Below, one piece after another: positions 35,038 through 44,950 of a DNA stretch of 53,737 nucleotides (position 1 is its first letter; each line of letters begins with the position of its first letter). Under the pieces are notes generated by a model, which worked only from the letters and a program-made list of their open reading frames with translations, was not told where the DNA came from and did not search any database. The translations under genes and the position numbers were made by a program. This DNA comes from Candidatus Undivivens industriae (lineage in GTDB: Bacteria > Omnitrophota > Gorgyraeia > Gygaellales > Profunditerraquicolaceae), in assembly GCA_012514745.1 (NCBI GenBank), contig JAAYZR010000007.1:1-53737 (forward strand), written 5' to 3'.

Positions 35038-35657
35038 TGGAATCTCCGCATTATTCTGTCCAGGTCCTCCATATATCCGTTCAGATCTTCCCTAACCTCC
35101 CCGCGGCAGGAAAGATTGAATATCACCGCCTGAAGCGCCCCCACGTCGCAAATCACGAAAAAATTGACCTTCCCGGGCGGACACTTTTCGTAGAAATAGG
35201 CTTCACAGGGGTACGCCGAAGAAGAAACGTAAACGGTATCCTTGTGAAAATCATCCAAAGAGCATTCCCCGTCGTTAAAATACTGTTTTTTGACCAGCTT
35301 CGCTATATCCTCTGCTTTCAGTCCGGCGCTGTTGTCGAAAGGTATTATCTTTATCCAGGCGTCCTCTTTTATACGCTTCCCGTACCAACTGCCGTCCACG
35401 GCGCCGGGAGGGACGCTCTCCGGAGCCCAGGCCGGCGGCATCTCGAACATATAGACCGCCGGAAACGGGGAGTTGACTGTGATAAATCTCATTATTCCAT
35501 CGCCGTGTTTGATAAATCTCTGTGTTTGCGCCGCGGCTTCACGGAGATAGAACGCGCAGAAGAACACAACCGCGGTGAAGAAACATATGATCCACGGCTT
35601 AGCGCCTTGTCTGCAGGCCGCTTTAAACAACGATCTCATTACGCACCAGATCCGCAT
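35022..35657 (-). CDS. Hypothetical membrane-anchored or secreted protein embedded between lysA and dapF
   Basis: 211 aa with an N-terminal hydrophobic segment (PWIICFFTAVVFFCAFYL). I recognise no family. It overlaps both neighbours by 16-35 nt. Confidence 0.5.
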   Translation of the reverse strand: MRIWCVMRSLFKAACRQGAKPWIICFFTAVVFFCAFYLREAAAQTQRFIKHGDGIMRFITVNSPFPAVYMFEMPPAWAPESVPPGAVDGSWYGKRIKEDAWIKIIPFDNSAGLKAEDIAKLVKKQYFNDGECSLDDFHKDTVYVSSSAYPCEAYFYEKCPPGKVNFFVICDVGALQAVIFNLSCRGEVREDLNGYMEDLDRIMRRFQWQEK

Positions 35658-36864
35658 AATCTTCCCTCCGCCTGATCAATACAGCGCGGTTCCCCCGCAC
35701 CATAATCTCCGCGGCCCTCGGCCGGGAGTTATAATTGGAAGACATACTGAAGCCGTAGGCCCCGGCGCTCATCACCGCCAGGCAATCCCCCTGTTTAAAG
35801 CGCGGGAGGTCCCTGTCTTTGGCCAGAAAATCCCCGCTCTCGCAGATGGGGCCCACAACGTCCGCTCTTTCCGACCCGCCGCGCATACTCTTCAGCGATT
35901 CGATACGATGAAAAGCCCCGTATAAAGCCGGCCTTATCAGGTCGTTCATACCGGCGTCTACGATGATGAATTTCTTCAACGGCGTCCTCTTGACGTAAAT
36001 GACCCTGGAGACCAGTATGCCCGCGTTGCCGCAGATAAACCGGCCGGGTTCCATAATTATCTTGAAACCGCTCTTCTTCAGCACCGGGAGCACCTTCCGG
36101 GAAAAAGCGAGGGCGGTCTGCGGGTTCTCTCTATCGTATATGATCCCCAGGCCGCCGCCGATATTCAGATAACGGATATCCGCGTCCGCAGAAAGGCTGC
36201 GCGCGAAACCGGCTACCTTGTTGATGGCGGCGAGAAACGGTTCTCCGTCGGTTATCTGCGAACCTATGTGCATATGCAGGCCGCAGATATCGAGCGAGCG
36301 GTATTTCGCCCTCGAGCGTATTATCCTGGCGGCGTTATCCAGGTCTATGCCGAATTTATTGGTTATCTTGCCGGTAGTTATGAATTTATGGGTCTTCGCC
36401 TCTACGTCCGGATTGATGCGCAGGGCTATCTTCACCCGCCTGCCGTATTTGCGGGCGATAAAACCGATCCTCTCCATCTCCGGCTCCGACTCCACGTTGA
36501 AGAACAGAATTTTCCCGGCTACCGCCTCTTCTATCTCCTTGTCCGTCTTGCCCACCGAGGCGTAAACTATTCTCTCCGGCGGACAGCCGCTCTTCAAAGC
36601 CCTGAAAAGTTCGCCGCCGGAGACTATATCCAGGCCGGCCCCTTCTTGCACCAGGGTCTTCAATATGGCCAGATTGGAATTTGCCTTCACGGAATAACAT
36701 ATCAACGGGTCTATTTCCCGGAAAGCGTCCTTGAGTTTGAGGAAATGCCCGGTCAGGGTATTGCGGCTGTATACGAAAAGCGGGGTACCGAACTTAGAGA
36801 CCGCCTTTTCAAGGTCCACACCCTCACAATATAACCTTCCGTTCCTGCGGACAAAATCGTGCAT
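35623..36864 (-). CDS. lysA: Diaminopimelate decarboxylase
   Basis: It has the PLP-lysine motif YSVKANSN, GGGLGI, and the C-terminal CESGD. Confidence 0.95.
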   Translation of the reverse strand: MHDFVRRNGRLYCEGVDLEKAVSKFGTPLFVYSRNTLTGHFLKLKDAFREIDPLICYSVKANSNLAILKTLVQEGAGLDIVSGGELFRALKSGCPPERIVYASVGKTDKEIEEAVAGKILFFNVESEPEMERIGFIARKYGRRVKIALRINPDVEAKTHKFITTGKITNKFGIDLDNAARIIRSRAKYRSLDICGLHMHIGSQITDGEPFLAAINKVAGFARSLSADADIRYLNIGGGLGIIYDRENPQTALAFSRKVLPVLKKSGFKIIMEPGRFICGNAGILVSRVIYVKRTPLKKFIIVDAGMNDLIRPALYGAFHRIESLKSMRGGSERADVVGPICESGDFLAKDRDLPRFKQGDCLAVMSAGAYGFSMSSNYNSRPRAAEIMVRGNRAVLIRRREDYADLVRNEIVV

Positions 36865-36885
36865 CTCTGTCTTTCTTTCCTGTGC

Positions 36886-38307
36886 TTAAAGTTCGACGGC
36901 CGGAGGCTTCAGCCCGGCCGGTTTCACGCCGCCGCTCTTCTTTTCCGGCGCGCGTTTTCCGCCTCCCGCCGCGTAAAACGGGTCCATCACGCGCTTGATG
37001 ACCGCGGCGTTAAACGCCGGATGCAGGCGCCGCAACTCGGCGTCTTTCATATCTTCTATCTTTTTCCCGGAGGATTCCGCCGCCTTTATCAGCGAGCCAG
37101 CGGCGTCGTGCGCCTTTTTAAAAGGCACCTTTTTCTCCCTCACCATCCACTCCGCGAGCTCGGTCGCGTAAAAAGTCCTGTCCGAAAGCGCCGCCTTCAC
37201 CGCCCCGACGTTCACCTTTACACCGGGCAGGAACCGGCAGAGAAGCGACAACTCGTTTTTCATGGTCTCCACGACGGAGAACAAAGGCTCTTTGTCCAAT
37301 TGCATGTCGCGGTTGTAACTCAACGGCAGCCCCTTCATCAGGGTAAGCATCCAGATCAGTCCGCCGTAAACCCTGCCGGTGTTCCCGCGCACCAGTTCCA
37401 GAAAGTCGGGGTTTTTCTTGTGCGGCATAAGCGAAGAACCGGTGCAGAACTCTTCCGGCAAGCTCAGGAAAGAATACTCGCTCCCGGAATACAATATAAG
37501 GTCCTCGGCAAGGCGCGAAAGGTGCATCTGTATGATGCAAAGCACGGAAAGCAATTCGATTATATAATCCCTGTCGCTGACATGGTCCACGCTGTTTTCC
37601 ACAGGGACCACCTTGGACCTGTCCCCGGAGACCGCCGCTTTCACCGCCTTGGCGTACGCATCTCTGCCGAGCGAGGTGCCGGCAAGGGCTCCGGCTCCGA
37701 TACCGACGCGCAGCCGGCCGTAATAATCGCCGAGCCTCTGCCTGTCTCGGCCGAACATGGAACGAAAAGCGTCGAGATAAAGTTCGAAAGTGATCGCCTG
37801 GGCCCTGCGAGCGTGGGTATAACCGAGAAAGATTACGCCGCGGTTCCTGTCGGAAAGCTTTTTCAGGGAGCCGTCCAGGGCGTCCATCAATCCGGCTATA
37901 TCCGCGCATTCTTTCAGGCAATACCATTTTTCGTCGAACGCCACCTGGTCGTTACGAGAACGAAAAGTATGAAGTTTCAGGGCGGCCCGGCCCGCTTCTT
38001 TTTCCACCTGCCCATGGATATAACTGTGAATGTCCTCCGCCGCCCCTTTTTCCCGGAGGATGAAACCCGGCCCTTCACTGCGGACGCGTTTCAGCAGGCG
38101 GCGCAGCGCTTTCCCCAGCGCCGCATATTCGCGTCCGTTCAACAGCCCGGCTCCGCGCAAGGCGGCAATGTGAATCAAAGAATGGGAGATGTCGAATTCG
38201 GCCAGCCTGAAGTCATAATCCAGCGATTTCTGAAAATCGAAGAACTCCCGGTCCGTGCGGCCGGAGAACCTTCCGCCCCACAACTTCTCAGCGCCGTATT
38301 TTTTCAT
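36886..38307 (-). CDS. argH: Argininosuccinate lyase
   Basis: It carries the fumarate-lyase signature GSSLMPHKKNPD. Confidence 0.97.
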   Translation of the reverse strand: MKKYGAEKLWGGRFSGRTDREFFDFQKSLDYDFRLAEFDISHSLIHIAALRGAGLLNGREYAALGKALRRLLKRVRSEGPGFILREKGAAEDIHSYIHGQVEKEAGRAALKLHTFRSRNDQVAFDEKWYCLKECADIAGLMDALDGSLKKLSDRNRGVIFLGYTHARRAQAITFELYLDAFRSMFGRDRQRLGDYYGRLRVGIGAGALAGTSLGRDAYAKAVKAAVSGDRSKVVPVENSVDHVSDRDYIIELLSVLCIIQMHLSRLAEDLILYSGSEYSFLSLPEEFCTGSSLMPHKKNPDFLELVRGNTGRVYGGLIWMLTLMKGLPLSYNRDMQLDKEPLFSVVETMKNELSLLCRFLPGVKVNVGAVKAALSDRTFYATELAEWMVREKKVPFKKAHDAAGSLIKAAESSGKKIEDMKDAELRRLHPAFNAAVIKRVMDPFYAAGGGKRAPEKKSGGVKPAGLKPPAVEL

Positions 38308-39509
38308 TCCGCCCTTCCCCGTTTCTTCGCCCCTTTATAGGGCATAGCCCAGAGTTTGATGAAACCTTCCGCCAGTTTCTGATCGAACTTGTCGTCGCGG
38401 CCGTAAGTGCTCAACTCTTTTTTGTAAAGTCCGTAGGGAGACCTCCGCCCTACTACCATGCAGTTCCCCCGGAAAAGTTTAAGCCGCATGGTCCCTGTGA
38501 CTTTCTCCTGCGTGGAATCCACGAATCTGCCGAGCGCTTCCCGCAGAGGCGAATACCAGAGGCCGTTATAGATCAACTCGGAATATTTGAGCGCAATACC
38601 CTCTTTAAAATGCGCCAACTCACGGTCGAAAACAAGACACTCCAGCTCTTTATGCGCCAGGTGCAGGATAGTCGCTCCGGGGGCTTCGTATATCTCGCGC
38701 GATTTAATCCCTACCAGCCTGTTCTCCAGCATATCGTAACGGCCCACGCCGTGTTTACCGCCGGTCTCGTTAAGACTCTGGATCAAAACGTCCGGCGGCA
38801 TTTTCCTGCCGTCTATCGCGCACGGCACGCCTTTCTCGAAAGAGACCTCGATATATTTAGGCCTGGAGGGAGCGGCGGACGGGCTGCGCGTAATCATATA
38901 GGCGTCCTCGGGCGGTTCCTGTTCAAGATCCTCCAGTATCCCCGCTTCTATGCTGATGCCCCAGATGTTCCTGTCTATACTGTAAGGTTTTTTCTTGGTC
39001 ACATCTATGGGAATGCCGAATTTTCCGGCATACTCCATCTCCTCTTCCCGCGATTTGAATTCCCAATCCCTTACAGGCGCGATTATCTCCAGGCCGGGCT
39101 CCAGGATGCCCGTCGTCACCTCGATCCTCACCTGGTCGTTACCTTTGCCCGTGCATCCGTGCGCCACGGCCGAAGCCTTTTCTTTACGGGCTATATCCAC
39201 CAGGTATTTGGCGATCAGCGGACGGCCCAGCGCGGTAGCCAGCAGGTACTTACCTTCGTAGACCGCGCCGGCTTTGAGCGCCGGTATGATAAAATCGTTT
39301 ATGAACTCCCGGCGCAGGTCCTTTATGTAAACCTTGGAGGCCCCGGCAACCAGGGCTCTTTTATTTATCAGGCCGAAATCTTCTCCCTTTCCCAGCCCCT
39401 GGCCGAGATCTGCCACAAAACAGATGACTTCATACCCCCGCTCCTTCAGCCAGCGGACTATACAGGAAGTATCCAGCCCGCCGGAATACGCCAAAACCAC
39501 TTTTTTCAT
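38304..39509 (-). CDS. argG: Argininosuccinate synthase
   Basis: It has AYSGGLDTS and GCTGKGNDQVR. Confidence 0.97.
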   Translation of the reverse strand: MKKVVLAYSGGLDTSCIVRWLKERGYEVICFVADLGQGLGKGEDFGLINKRALVAGASKVYIKDLRREFINDFIIPALKAGAVYEGKYLLATALGRPLIAKYLVDIARKEKASAVAHGCTGKGNDQVRIEVTTGILEPGLEIIAPVRDWEFKSREEEMEYAGKFGIPIDVTKKKPYSIDRNIWGISIEAGILEDLEQEPPEDAYMITRSPSAAPSRPKYIEVSFEKGVPCAIDGRKMPPDVLIQSLNETGGKHGVGRYDMLENRLVGIKSREIYEAPGATILHLAHKELECLVFDRELAHFKEGIALKYSELIYNGLWYSPLREALGRFVDSTQEKVTGTMRLKLFRGNCMVVGRRSPYGLYKKELSTYGRDDKFDQKLAEGFIKLWAMPYKGAKKRGRAE

Positions 39510-39547
39510 CTTATTCTCCGTCTCTTATCCTTATTGGCGGCCGGATA

Positions 39548-40477
39548 TCAACTCCTGCCGCGTCCTCCCAGGAACTTCATCAATACGGCCTTCTGCACGT
39601 GCATTCTGTTCTCGGCCTCGTCGAAAACAACCGAATGCCTTCCGTCAAGCACTTCATCCGTTATTTCTTCACCGCGGTGCGCGGGCAGGCAATGCATCAC
39701 GAGCGCGTCTCTCTTTGCCGAGGCCAGAAGCCTGTCGTTGACCTGGAATCCCTTGAACGCCTTCTTTCTTTTGGCCGTTTCCTTCTCCTGCCCCATGCTG
39801 GCCCAGACATCCGTGTAAATGACGTCCGCTCCCGCGGCGGCTTTGAAAGGATCCCTGAAAAGCTCTATGCTGCTGCCGCGCGAAGCGGCCAATTCCGAGG
39901 CCTCGGAGACGAGTTTCCTGTCCGGTTCGTAACCGTGAGGCGCGGCAATGCGCATATCGATCCCCAGTTTGGCGCAGACGTAAATAAGGGAATTGCAAAC
40001 GTTATTGCCGTCCCCCACGTAAACGAACGTCGTCTTATCCACTTCCCTGCCTTTCTCGATCACGGTATAGATATCGGCCAGCGCCTGGCAGGGGTGGGAG
40101 AAATCCGAGAGCCCGTTTATGATGGGTACGGAGGAGTATTCGGCCATTTCCAGAACGTTGTTGTGCGCGAAAGTCCTCAGAACTATCCCGTCCACATAAC
40201 GGGAAAGCGTCCTGGCGACGTCCCGGATCGCCTCTCTTACCCCCAGTTTTATCTCGTCGGGGCCGAGATAAATACCGTGCCCTCCCAGCTGAAACATCCC
40301 GACCTCGAAAGAGACCCTTGTCCTGTTGGAAGGTTTCTGGAAAAGCAGGGCGAGCGTCCTGCCGGAAAGCGAACGCGAATACCTGGAGGGATTTTTCTTC
40401 AATTTGCCGGCCAGCGCGAATATGCTTTTTATCTCGTCGGCCGTGAGATCGTTTATGGAAATAAGATCTTTCTTCAC
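39548..40477 (-). CDS. argF: Ornithine carbamoyltransferase
   Basis: It has SNRTRVSFE, HPCQALAD and HCLPAHRGEE. Confidence 0.95.
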   Translation of the reverse strand: MKKDLISINDLTADEIKSIFALAGKLKKNPSRYSRSLSGRTLALLFQKPSNRTRVSFEVGMFQLGGHGIYLGPDEIKLGVREAIRDVARTLSRYVDGIVLRTFAHNNVLEMAEYSSVPIINGLSDFSHPCQALADIYTVIEKGREVDKTTFVYVGDGNNVCNSLIYVCAKLGIDMRIAAPHGYEPDRKLVSEASELAASRGSSIELFRDPFKAAAGADVIYTDVWASMGQEKETAKRKKAFKGFQVNDRLLASAKRDALVMHCLPAHRGEEITDEVLDGRHSVVFDEAENRMHVQKAVLMKFLGGRGRS

Positions 40478-40513
40478 TATCCGTTCCTCCCTGCCAGCCC
40501 TGCCGGCATTCCG

Positions 40514-40603
40514 TTATTGAAACTCCCCGGGCTTGAAGCCCGTGGCAATCTACTCCGTATTTATCCCCGGGTTAAAACCCGAAGATTTCTGGGCGAGGGG
40601 ATT
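40514..40603 (-). repeat. Composite of three repeat modules between argD and argF
   Basis: The modules are a 17-mer TTATTGAAACTCCCCGG (40514-40530, identical to 33316-33332), a CCCGGG-type hairpin (40525-40545), and a hairpin element at 40565-40603 that is near-identical to 371-412 and overlaps the argD TAA stop. Confidence 0.8.
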
Positions 40604-41777
40604 AAACGCGGGCGAGGGCGCCGGACAAGATCCCCGCGGCCTTGTTTATCTGCCCTCTGGTAACGTTTAATGCCGGCATAACACGCAGCACCTTCTCATG
40701 CGTACAGTTTATCAAAAGCCCCTTCTCCCTGCAATATTCAACCACTCCGTCTCCGCTAACGGCAAGTTCGATGCCGAGCATCAGCCCCATGCCCCGCACA
40801 TCTTTAATGACCGGATACTTTCCCTTTAAAACGAGGAGTCGCTGTTTCAGGTATTCTCCCATTTCTACCGCGTTATCCAGCAATTTCTCTCTGCGTATCG
40901 CTCTCAACACGGCCAGCGCGGCCTTGCAGATCACCGGGCCGCCGCCGAAAGTGGAGGCGTGCATACCCGGCCCAAGCACGTCTGAAAATTCCTTCCTGAC
41001 CGCCATCAGCCCGATCGGCAGCCCGCCTCCCAATGCCTTGGCCGCGGTAAGCACATCGGGCATAACGCCGTAATTCTGGTAACAGAACATCTTCCCGGTC
41101 CGGCCTATCCCGGTCTGCACTTCGTCCACGATAAGCAGCAGCTTTTTACGGTCGCAAAGCTCCCTCAGGGAGGCGACAAACTCCTTTGTCGCCACATTAA
41201 TACCGCCTTCCCCTTGTATAAGCTCCAGCATCACCGCCGCCGTCTCCGGGCCGGCGGCTTTCTCCACCGCCGAGATGTCGTTGAAAGGCACGCTTTTAAA
41301 ACCTTCAAGCATCGGCCCAAAACCGCGCTGGTACTTTTCCTGGCCTGTAGCGGCAAGCGCCCCCATGGTCCTGCCGTGGAAAGCGTTCTCAAAAGTAATT
41401 ATCCCGTACCTGCCCTTGCCGAACTGCCTGGCCAGCTTTATCGCAGCCTCGTTCGCCTCCGCCCCGGAATTACAGAAAAAATAAGACGCCGGGAAGGTGT
41501 AAAAAGACAGCTCTCCGGCGAGTTGGGCCTGGCAAACGTTATAATATGAATTCGGCACGAATATCAGGCGCGAGATCTGGTCCCTGACGGCCGACATCAC
41601 CTTGGGATGGCAGTGTCCGACGTTGTTCACACCCCAGCCGGGAAAGAAATCCAGAAAAACCCTATTGTGAATATCCCAAAGCCTGCTCCCCTTGCCTTTG
41701 ACGAAAACCAGAGGTATCTTGCGGTAAGTGGAAAGTATGTGCTCTTCGTATTCCCCGAATATCTCTTCTTTTTTCAT
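40602..41777 (-). CDS. argD: Acetylornithine aminotransferase
   Basis: It is a class III aminotransferase with DEVQTGIGRTGK. Confidence 0.93.
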   Translation of the reverse strand: MKKEEIFGEYEEHILSTYRKIPLVFVKGKGSRLWDIHNRVFLDFFPGWGVNNVGHCHPKVMSAVRDQISRLIFVPNSYYNVCQAQLAGELSFYTFPASYFFCNSGAEANEAAIKLARQFGKGRYGIITFENAFHGRTMGALAATGQEKYQRGFGPMLEGFKSVPFNDISAVEKAAGPETAAVMLELIQGEGGINVATKEFVASLRELCDRKKLLLIVDEVQTGIGRTGKMFCYQNYGVMPDVLTAAKALGGGLPIGLMAVRKEFSDVLGPGMHASTFGGGPVICKAALAVLRAIRREKLLDNAVEMGEYLKQRLLVLKGKYPVIKDVRGMGLMLGIELAVSGDGVVEYCREKGLLINCTHEKVLRVMPALNVTRGQINKAAGILSGALARV

Positions 41778-41824
41778 CGTCTCCGAGAAAGATTAGTGGA
41801 GCCCTCAGCATAAGGGCAAGGGGA

Positions 41825-42679
41825 TTAATGATTTATCTCCGTGCCCACGCCCTGGTCGGTGAATATCTCCAGCAGCAGGCCGTGCGGAATCCTGGCGTCT
41901 ATTATGTGCGTCTTCTTCACCCCGGAGACAAGCGCTTCAATGCAGGCGTCCACCTTGGGGATCATGCCCTGCTGTATTACCTTGTCGCGCATAAGCTCGC
42001 GGGCTTCCTTGATGTTGATCGCCGAAATGAAAGAAGCCGGATCATCCGGATTCCTCATTATACCTTTGACGTTCGTCAACAGCACCAATTTTTCCGCCCC
42101 CAGGGCGACGGCGATATGAGAAGCCGCTTCGTCGGCGTTGACGTTATATCCTTTGCCGTCGGGGCCCAGGCCCATCGGCAGGACGACCGCCACCTTGTGT
42201 TTCTCCAGCTCCGAAGAAATGGCCCCCTGGTCTATGCGCACGATATCGCCGACGTAACCGAGGTCTATCTTAGCTTTCTTCTTCTCGGTGAATATTATAC
42301 CGTCGGAACGCCCGTTCAGTCCGGCCACCCTGCCGCCGATATCCGACATCTCCTCCACGATAAGCTCGTTAAGTTTCTGCAGTTCCTCCTCCACCACGGA
42401 CAGGGTCTCCTCGTCGGTAACCCGCATACCGTCCACGAACTCCGTCTTTTTGCCGGCGCTGCGCATTCTGTCGCTTATGTTCGGGCCGCCGCCGTGCACG
42501 AGCACCGGCCTCAATCCCATAAAGCTCAAAAAAACAATGTCCTCGAGCACCCCTTTACGTATCTTCTCTTCCCCGAGGATACTCCCTCCGTATTTGATCA
42601 CCACCGGCTTATTGTGGAAACGTTTTATATACGGCAGCGCCTCTATCAGCACATCCGCTTTCTTTATAGCTTCTTCCAT
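41825..42679 (-). CDS. argB: Acetylglutamate kinase
   Basis: It has VIKYGGS and VLVHGGGP. Confidence 0.95.
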   Translation of the reverse strand: MEEAIKKADVLIEALPYIKRFHNKPVVIKYGGSILGEEKIRKGVLEDIVFLSFMGLRPVLVHGGGPNISDRMRSAGKKTEFVDGMRVTDEETLSVVEEELQKLNELIVEEMSDIGGRVAGLNGRSDGIIFTEKKKAKIDLGYVGDIVRIDQGAISSELEKHKVAVVLPMGLGPDGKGYNVNADEAASHIAVALGAEKLVLLTNVKGIMRNPDDPASFISAINIKEARELMRDKVIQQGMIPKVDACIEALVSGVKKTHIIDARIPHGLLLEIFTDQGVGTEINH

Positions 42680-42700
42680 TTCTCCACGCCTCGCTTGCGG

Positions 42701-43840
42701 CTAACTGTATTCCGCGTTTATCTTTATGTATTCCGGCGTCAGATCGGAGGTATAAACCACGGCCTTGCCGCGGCCCGCGCCGAGATGAACATACACGTCG
42801 ACGTCTCTGCGTTTGAGAGACCCTGCTTTCAATCTGATTTTACCCGGATCAAACTTTATACCGCTGGCTCCCAACGCGGCGATGATCCTGCCGAAATTCC
42901 TGTTTTCCCCGTATACCGCCGTTTTGAACAGGTTTGAATTCGCAACGGCCAGCGCTCCGGTTCTGGCCTGGCGGTCGTTCAGCGCCCCTTCAACGCTGAT
43001 ACTGATAAACTTGCTCGCCCCCTCCCCGTCCCTGACCATCATCAACGCCAGCTCCCGGCAGACGGCCTCCAGGGCCGAACAAAAAGAAGAATAATCCTTC
43101 CCGCCCGAAATCTTCCCCGCCCCGCAGGCGCCGTTCGCAAGCAAAATGACGTTGTCGTTGGTGCTCATGCACCCGTCCACCGTGATACAATTGAAGGTCG
43201 GAGCGACCGCCTTCTTTAAAGCGGCTTGCAGCGGGCCCGGCCCCAGCGCGGCGTCGGTAAAGATGAAACAAAGCATCGTGGCCATATCCGGGGCGATCAT
43301 CCCCGCGCCTTTAGCCACTCCGCAGACTGAAGCCTTTCTGCCGGAGACGCTGAAAAAAGCCGTGGCCCCTTTTGAGAAAGTATCCGTGGTCATTATGGCC
43401 TTTTGCGCCCTTTGAATTCCTGAAACGGACAACGAAGAAATAAGGCCGGGGACGGCGGCACCCATCATCCTGGCCGGCATGCGTCTGCCGATTATTCCCG
43501 TGGAAGCGGCCAGGACCTGCCGAACGTCTATGGAAAGTCCGGCGGCAACGCGCCGGCAAAGATACAAAGCGTCTTCGATACCTTCTTGCCCGGTATAACA
43601 ATTGGCGTTGCCGCTGTTGGCGATGACGGCCCGGAAACTGCGGCTTGCGCGCAGATTCCGCATATTGACCGTCAAAGGAGCCGCCTTAACAAGATTCCTG
43701 GTAAATACCGCCGCTGCGGTCGCCGGAAGATCGGAATAAAAAAGCGCCAGGTCATCGGCGAGAGACTTCTTTAATCCGCACGAAGCTCCCGAAGCCTTGA
43801 AACCTCCGGGGAGAACAGCGCGCCTTATGAAACCGTTCAT
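42701..43840 (-). CDS. argJ: Bifunctional glutamate N-acetyltransferase / amino-acid acetyltransferase
   Basis: It has GFKASG and the autoprocessing site region PDMATMLCFIFTDA. The start is taken at MNGFIRR, just after the argC stop. Confidence 0.94.
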   Translation of the reverse strand: MNGFIRRAVLPGGFKASGASCGLKKSLADDLALFYSDLPATAAAVFTRNLVKAAPLTVNMRNLRASRSFRAVIANSGNANCYTGQEGIEDALYLCRRVAAGLSIDVRQVLAASTGIIGRRMPARMMGAAVPGLISSLSVSGIQRAQKAIMTTDTFSKGATAFFSVSGRKASVCGVAKGAGMIAPDMATMLCFIFTDAALGPGPLQAALKKAVAPTFNCITVDGCMSTNDNVILLANGACGAGKISGGKDYSSFCSALEAVCRELALMMVRDGEGASKFISISVEGALNDRQARTGALAVANSNLFKTAVYGENRNFGRIIAALGASGIKFDPGKIRLKAGSLKRRDVDVYVHLGAGRGKAVVYTSDLTPEYIKINAEYS

Positions 43841-43842
43841 AT

Positions 43843-44874
43843 TTAAAGCAGACCCTCTTTCTCGGGAAACCCGCACATTATATTCATATTCTGCACCGCC
43901 TGACCGGCAGCGCCTTTTACCAGATTATCTATTGCGGAGATAACGATGATCCTGTCCGCCTCTTCCTTTATGCCTATATCGCAGAAATTGGTTCCGCGTA
44001 CATCTTTTAACCGGGGGAACGAGCCTTCTTCCTTAAGCCGGATAAACGGTTCCGTCTCGTAGAAATTGGCGAAAAGCCTACGGACGGTCCCCGGGATACC
44101 GCGTTTTCTCCCGGAAACCGGTTTTCTGAAGCAATAAACCGTCTCCAGGATGCCTCTTTCCACCGGTAATAAGTGCGGGACGAACGTCACGTCCATCGTA
44201 TGCTCGGAAAGACGGGAAAGTACCTGGTTGATCTCCGGGATATGCTGATGCGTGTTGACCTTGTAAGCCTTGAAATCTTCGTTGACCCCGCAGAAAGAAA
44301 GTTCCTGCACGAGTTTTCGCCCTGCGCCGCTTGCCCCCGACTTCGCGTCTATCACCAGGGTATCTTCCCGGATAATGCCGCAGGCGACCAGCGGAGCCAA
44401 AGCCAGTATGGCCGCCGTGGGATAACAACCGGGGTTGGCAACGAGTTTCGCCCGTTTGATACTGAAACGGTAAAGTTCCGGCAGCCCGTAAACCGCTTTC
44501 TTGATGTTGGAGGTGTCTTTATGAGAAACCCCGTAGAACTTTTCATAAACACGATAATCTTTAAACCTGTAGTCGCCGCTAAGATCTATAACCCGCTTGC
44601 CCCTGCTAAGCAGAAAAGGAACGTAATTCATCGATATCGTGTGCGGCAGAGCGAGAAAAACGAGATCGCAGACTGAGGCGATCTCTTTGACCAGCGGAGC
44701 GCAGAAAACCATATCCAGCCTGCCGGAGAATTGCGGAAAGACCTCGCCGACCGCGCGTGTTTTGTATGTCTGAGAGAACAACCCGCTGATACGGACACGG
44801 GGATGTTTTAAAAGCAATTCTATAAGGATCTCTCCTGTATAACCGGAAGCTCCAACTACACCCACATTCAGCAT
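43843..44874 (-). CDS. argC: N-acetyl-gamma-glutamyl-phosphate reductase
   Basis: It has GASGYTG and the active-site PGCYPT. Confidence 0.95.
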   Translation of the reverse strand: MLNVGVVGASGYTGEILIELLLKHPRVRISGLFSQTYKTRAVGEVFPQFSGRLDMVFCAPLVKEIASVCDLVFLALPHTISMNYVPFLLSRGKRVIDLSGDYRFKDYRVYEKFYGVSHKDTSNIKKAVYGLPELYRFSIKRAKLVANPGCYPTAAILALAPLVACGIIREDTLVIDAKSGASGAGRKLVQELSFCGVNEDFKAYKVNTHQHIPEINQVLSRLSEHTMDVTFVPHLLPVERGILETVYCFRKPVSGRKRGIPGTVRRLFANFYETEPFIRLKEEGSFPRLKDVRGTNFCDIGIKEEADRIIVISAIDNLVKGAAGQAVQNMNIMCGFPEKEGLL

Positions 44875-44922
44875 TTCATTCGCCCTTCCTCGAAAGAAAC
44901 TTTATACGCTATATAATGTTTA

Positions 44923-44950
44923 ATTATACCGTTACCCCGCTTAAAATCAA
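44923..44950 (-). promoter_or_regulatory. Candidate sigma70 promoter TTGATT-N16-TATAAT upstream of argC
   Basis: The -35 is the reverse complement of 44945-44950 and the -10 is the reverse complement of 44923-44928. It lies downstream of the rpsI terminator. Confidence 0.55.

Noticed and set aside
36865-36885. Lysine riboswitch, T-box or leader peptide upstream of the lysA/dap, arg or leu genes
   Set aside because: The relevant spacers (21 nt before lysA, 15 nt before leuC) are far too short. The about 50-nt leader between the argC promoter candidate and its start shows no recognisable ARG box or riboswitch core.
36859-38340. 493-aa plus-strand ORF. Similar long plus-strand ORFs occur at 518-1291, 2311-3189, 25729-26760, 27706-28620, 29291-30199, 38610-39818, 39599-40663 and 41828-42937.
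   Set aside because: Each lies antisense to a minus-strand gene with unmistakable family motifs (argH, rSAM, rpoD, uvrA, nadX, argG, argF, argB/argJ). Their translations are low-complexity and Arg/Pro/Gly-rich, which is typical of GC-rich shadow frames.
41811-41826. TAAGGGCAAGGGGATT in the argB-argD spacer as another copy of the array hairpin
   Set aside because: Only about 10 nt resemble the right arm. The local hairpin (GCCCT...AGGGC) has a different loop without GGA, so the match is too short to call.
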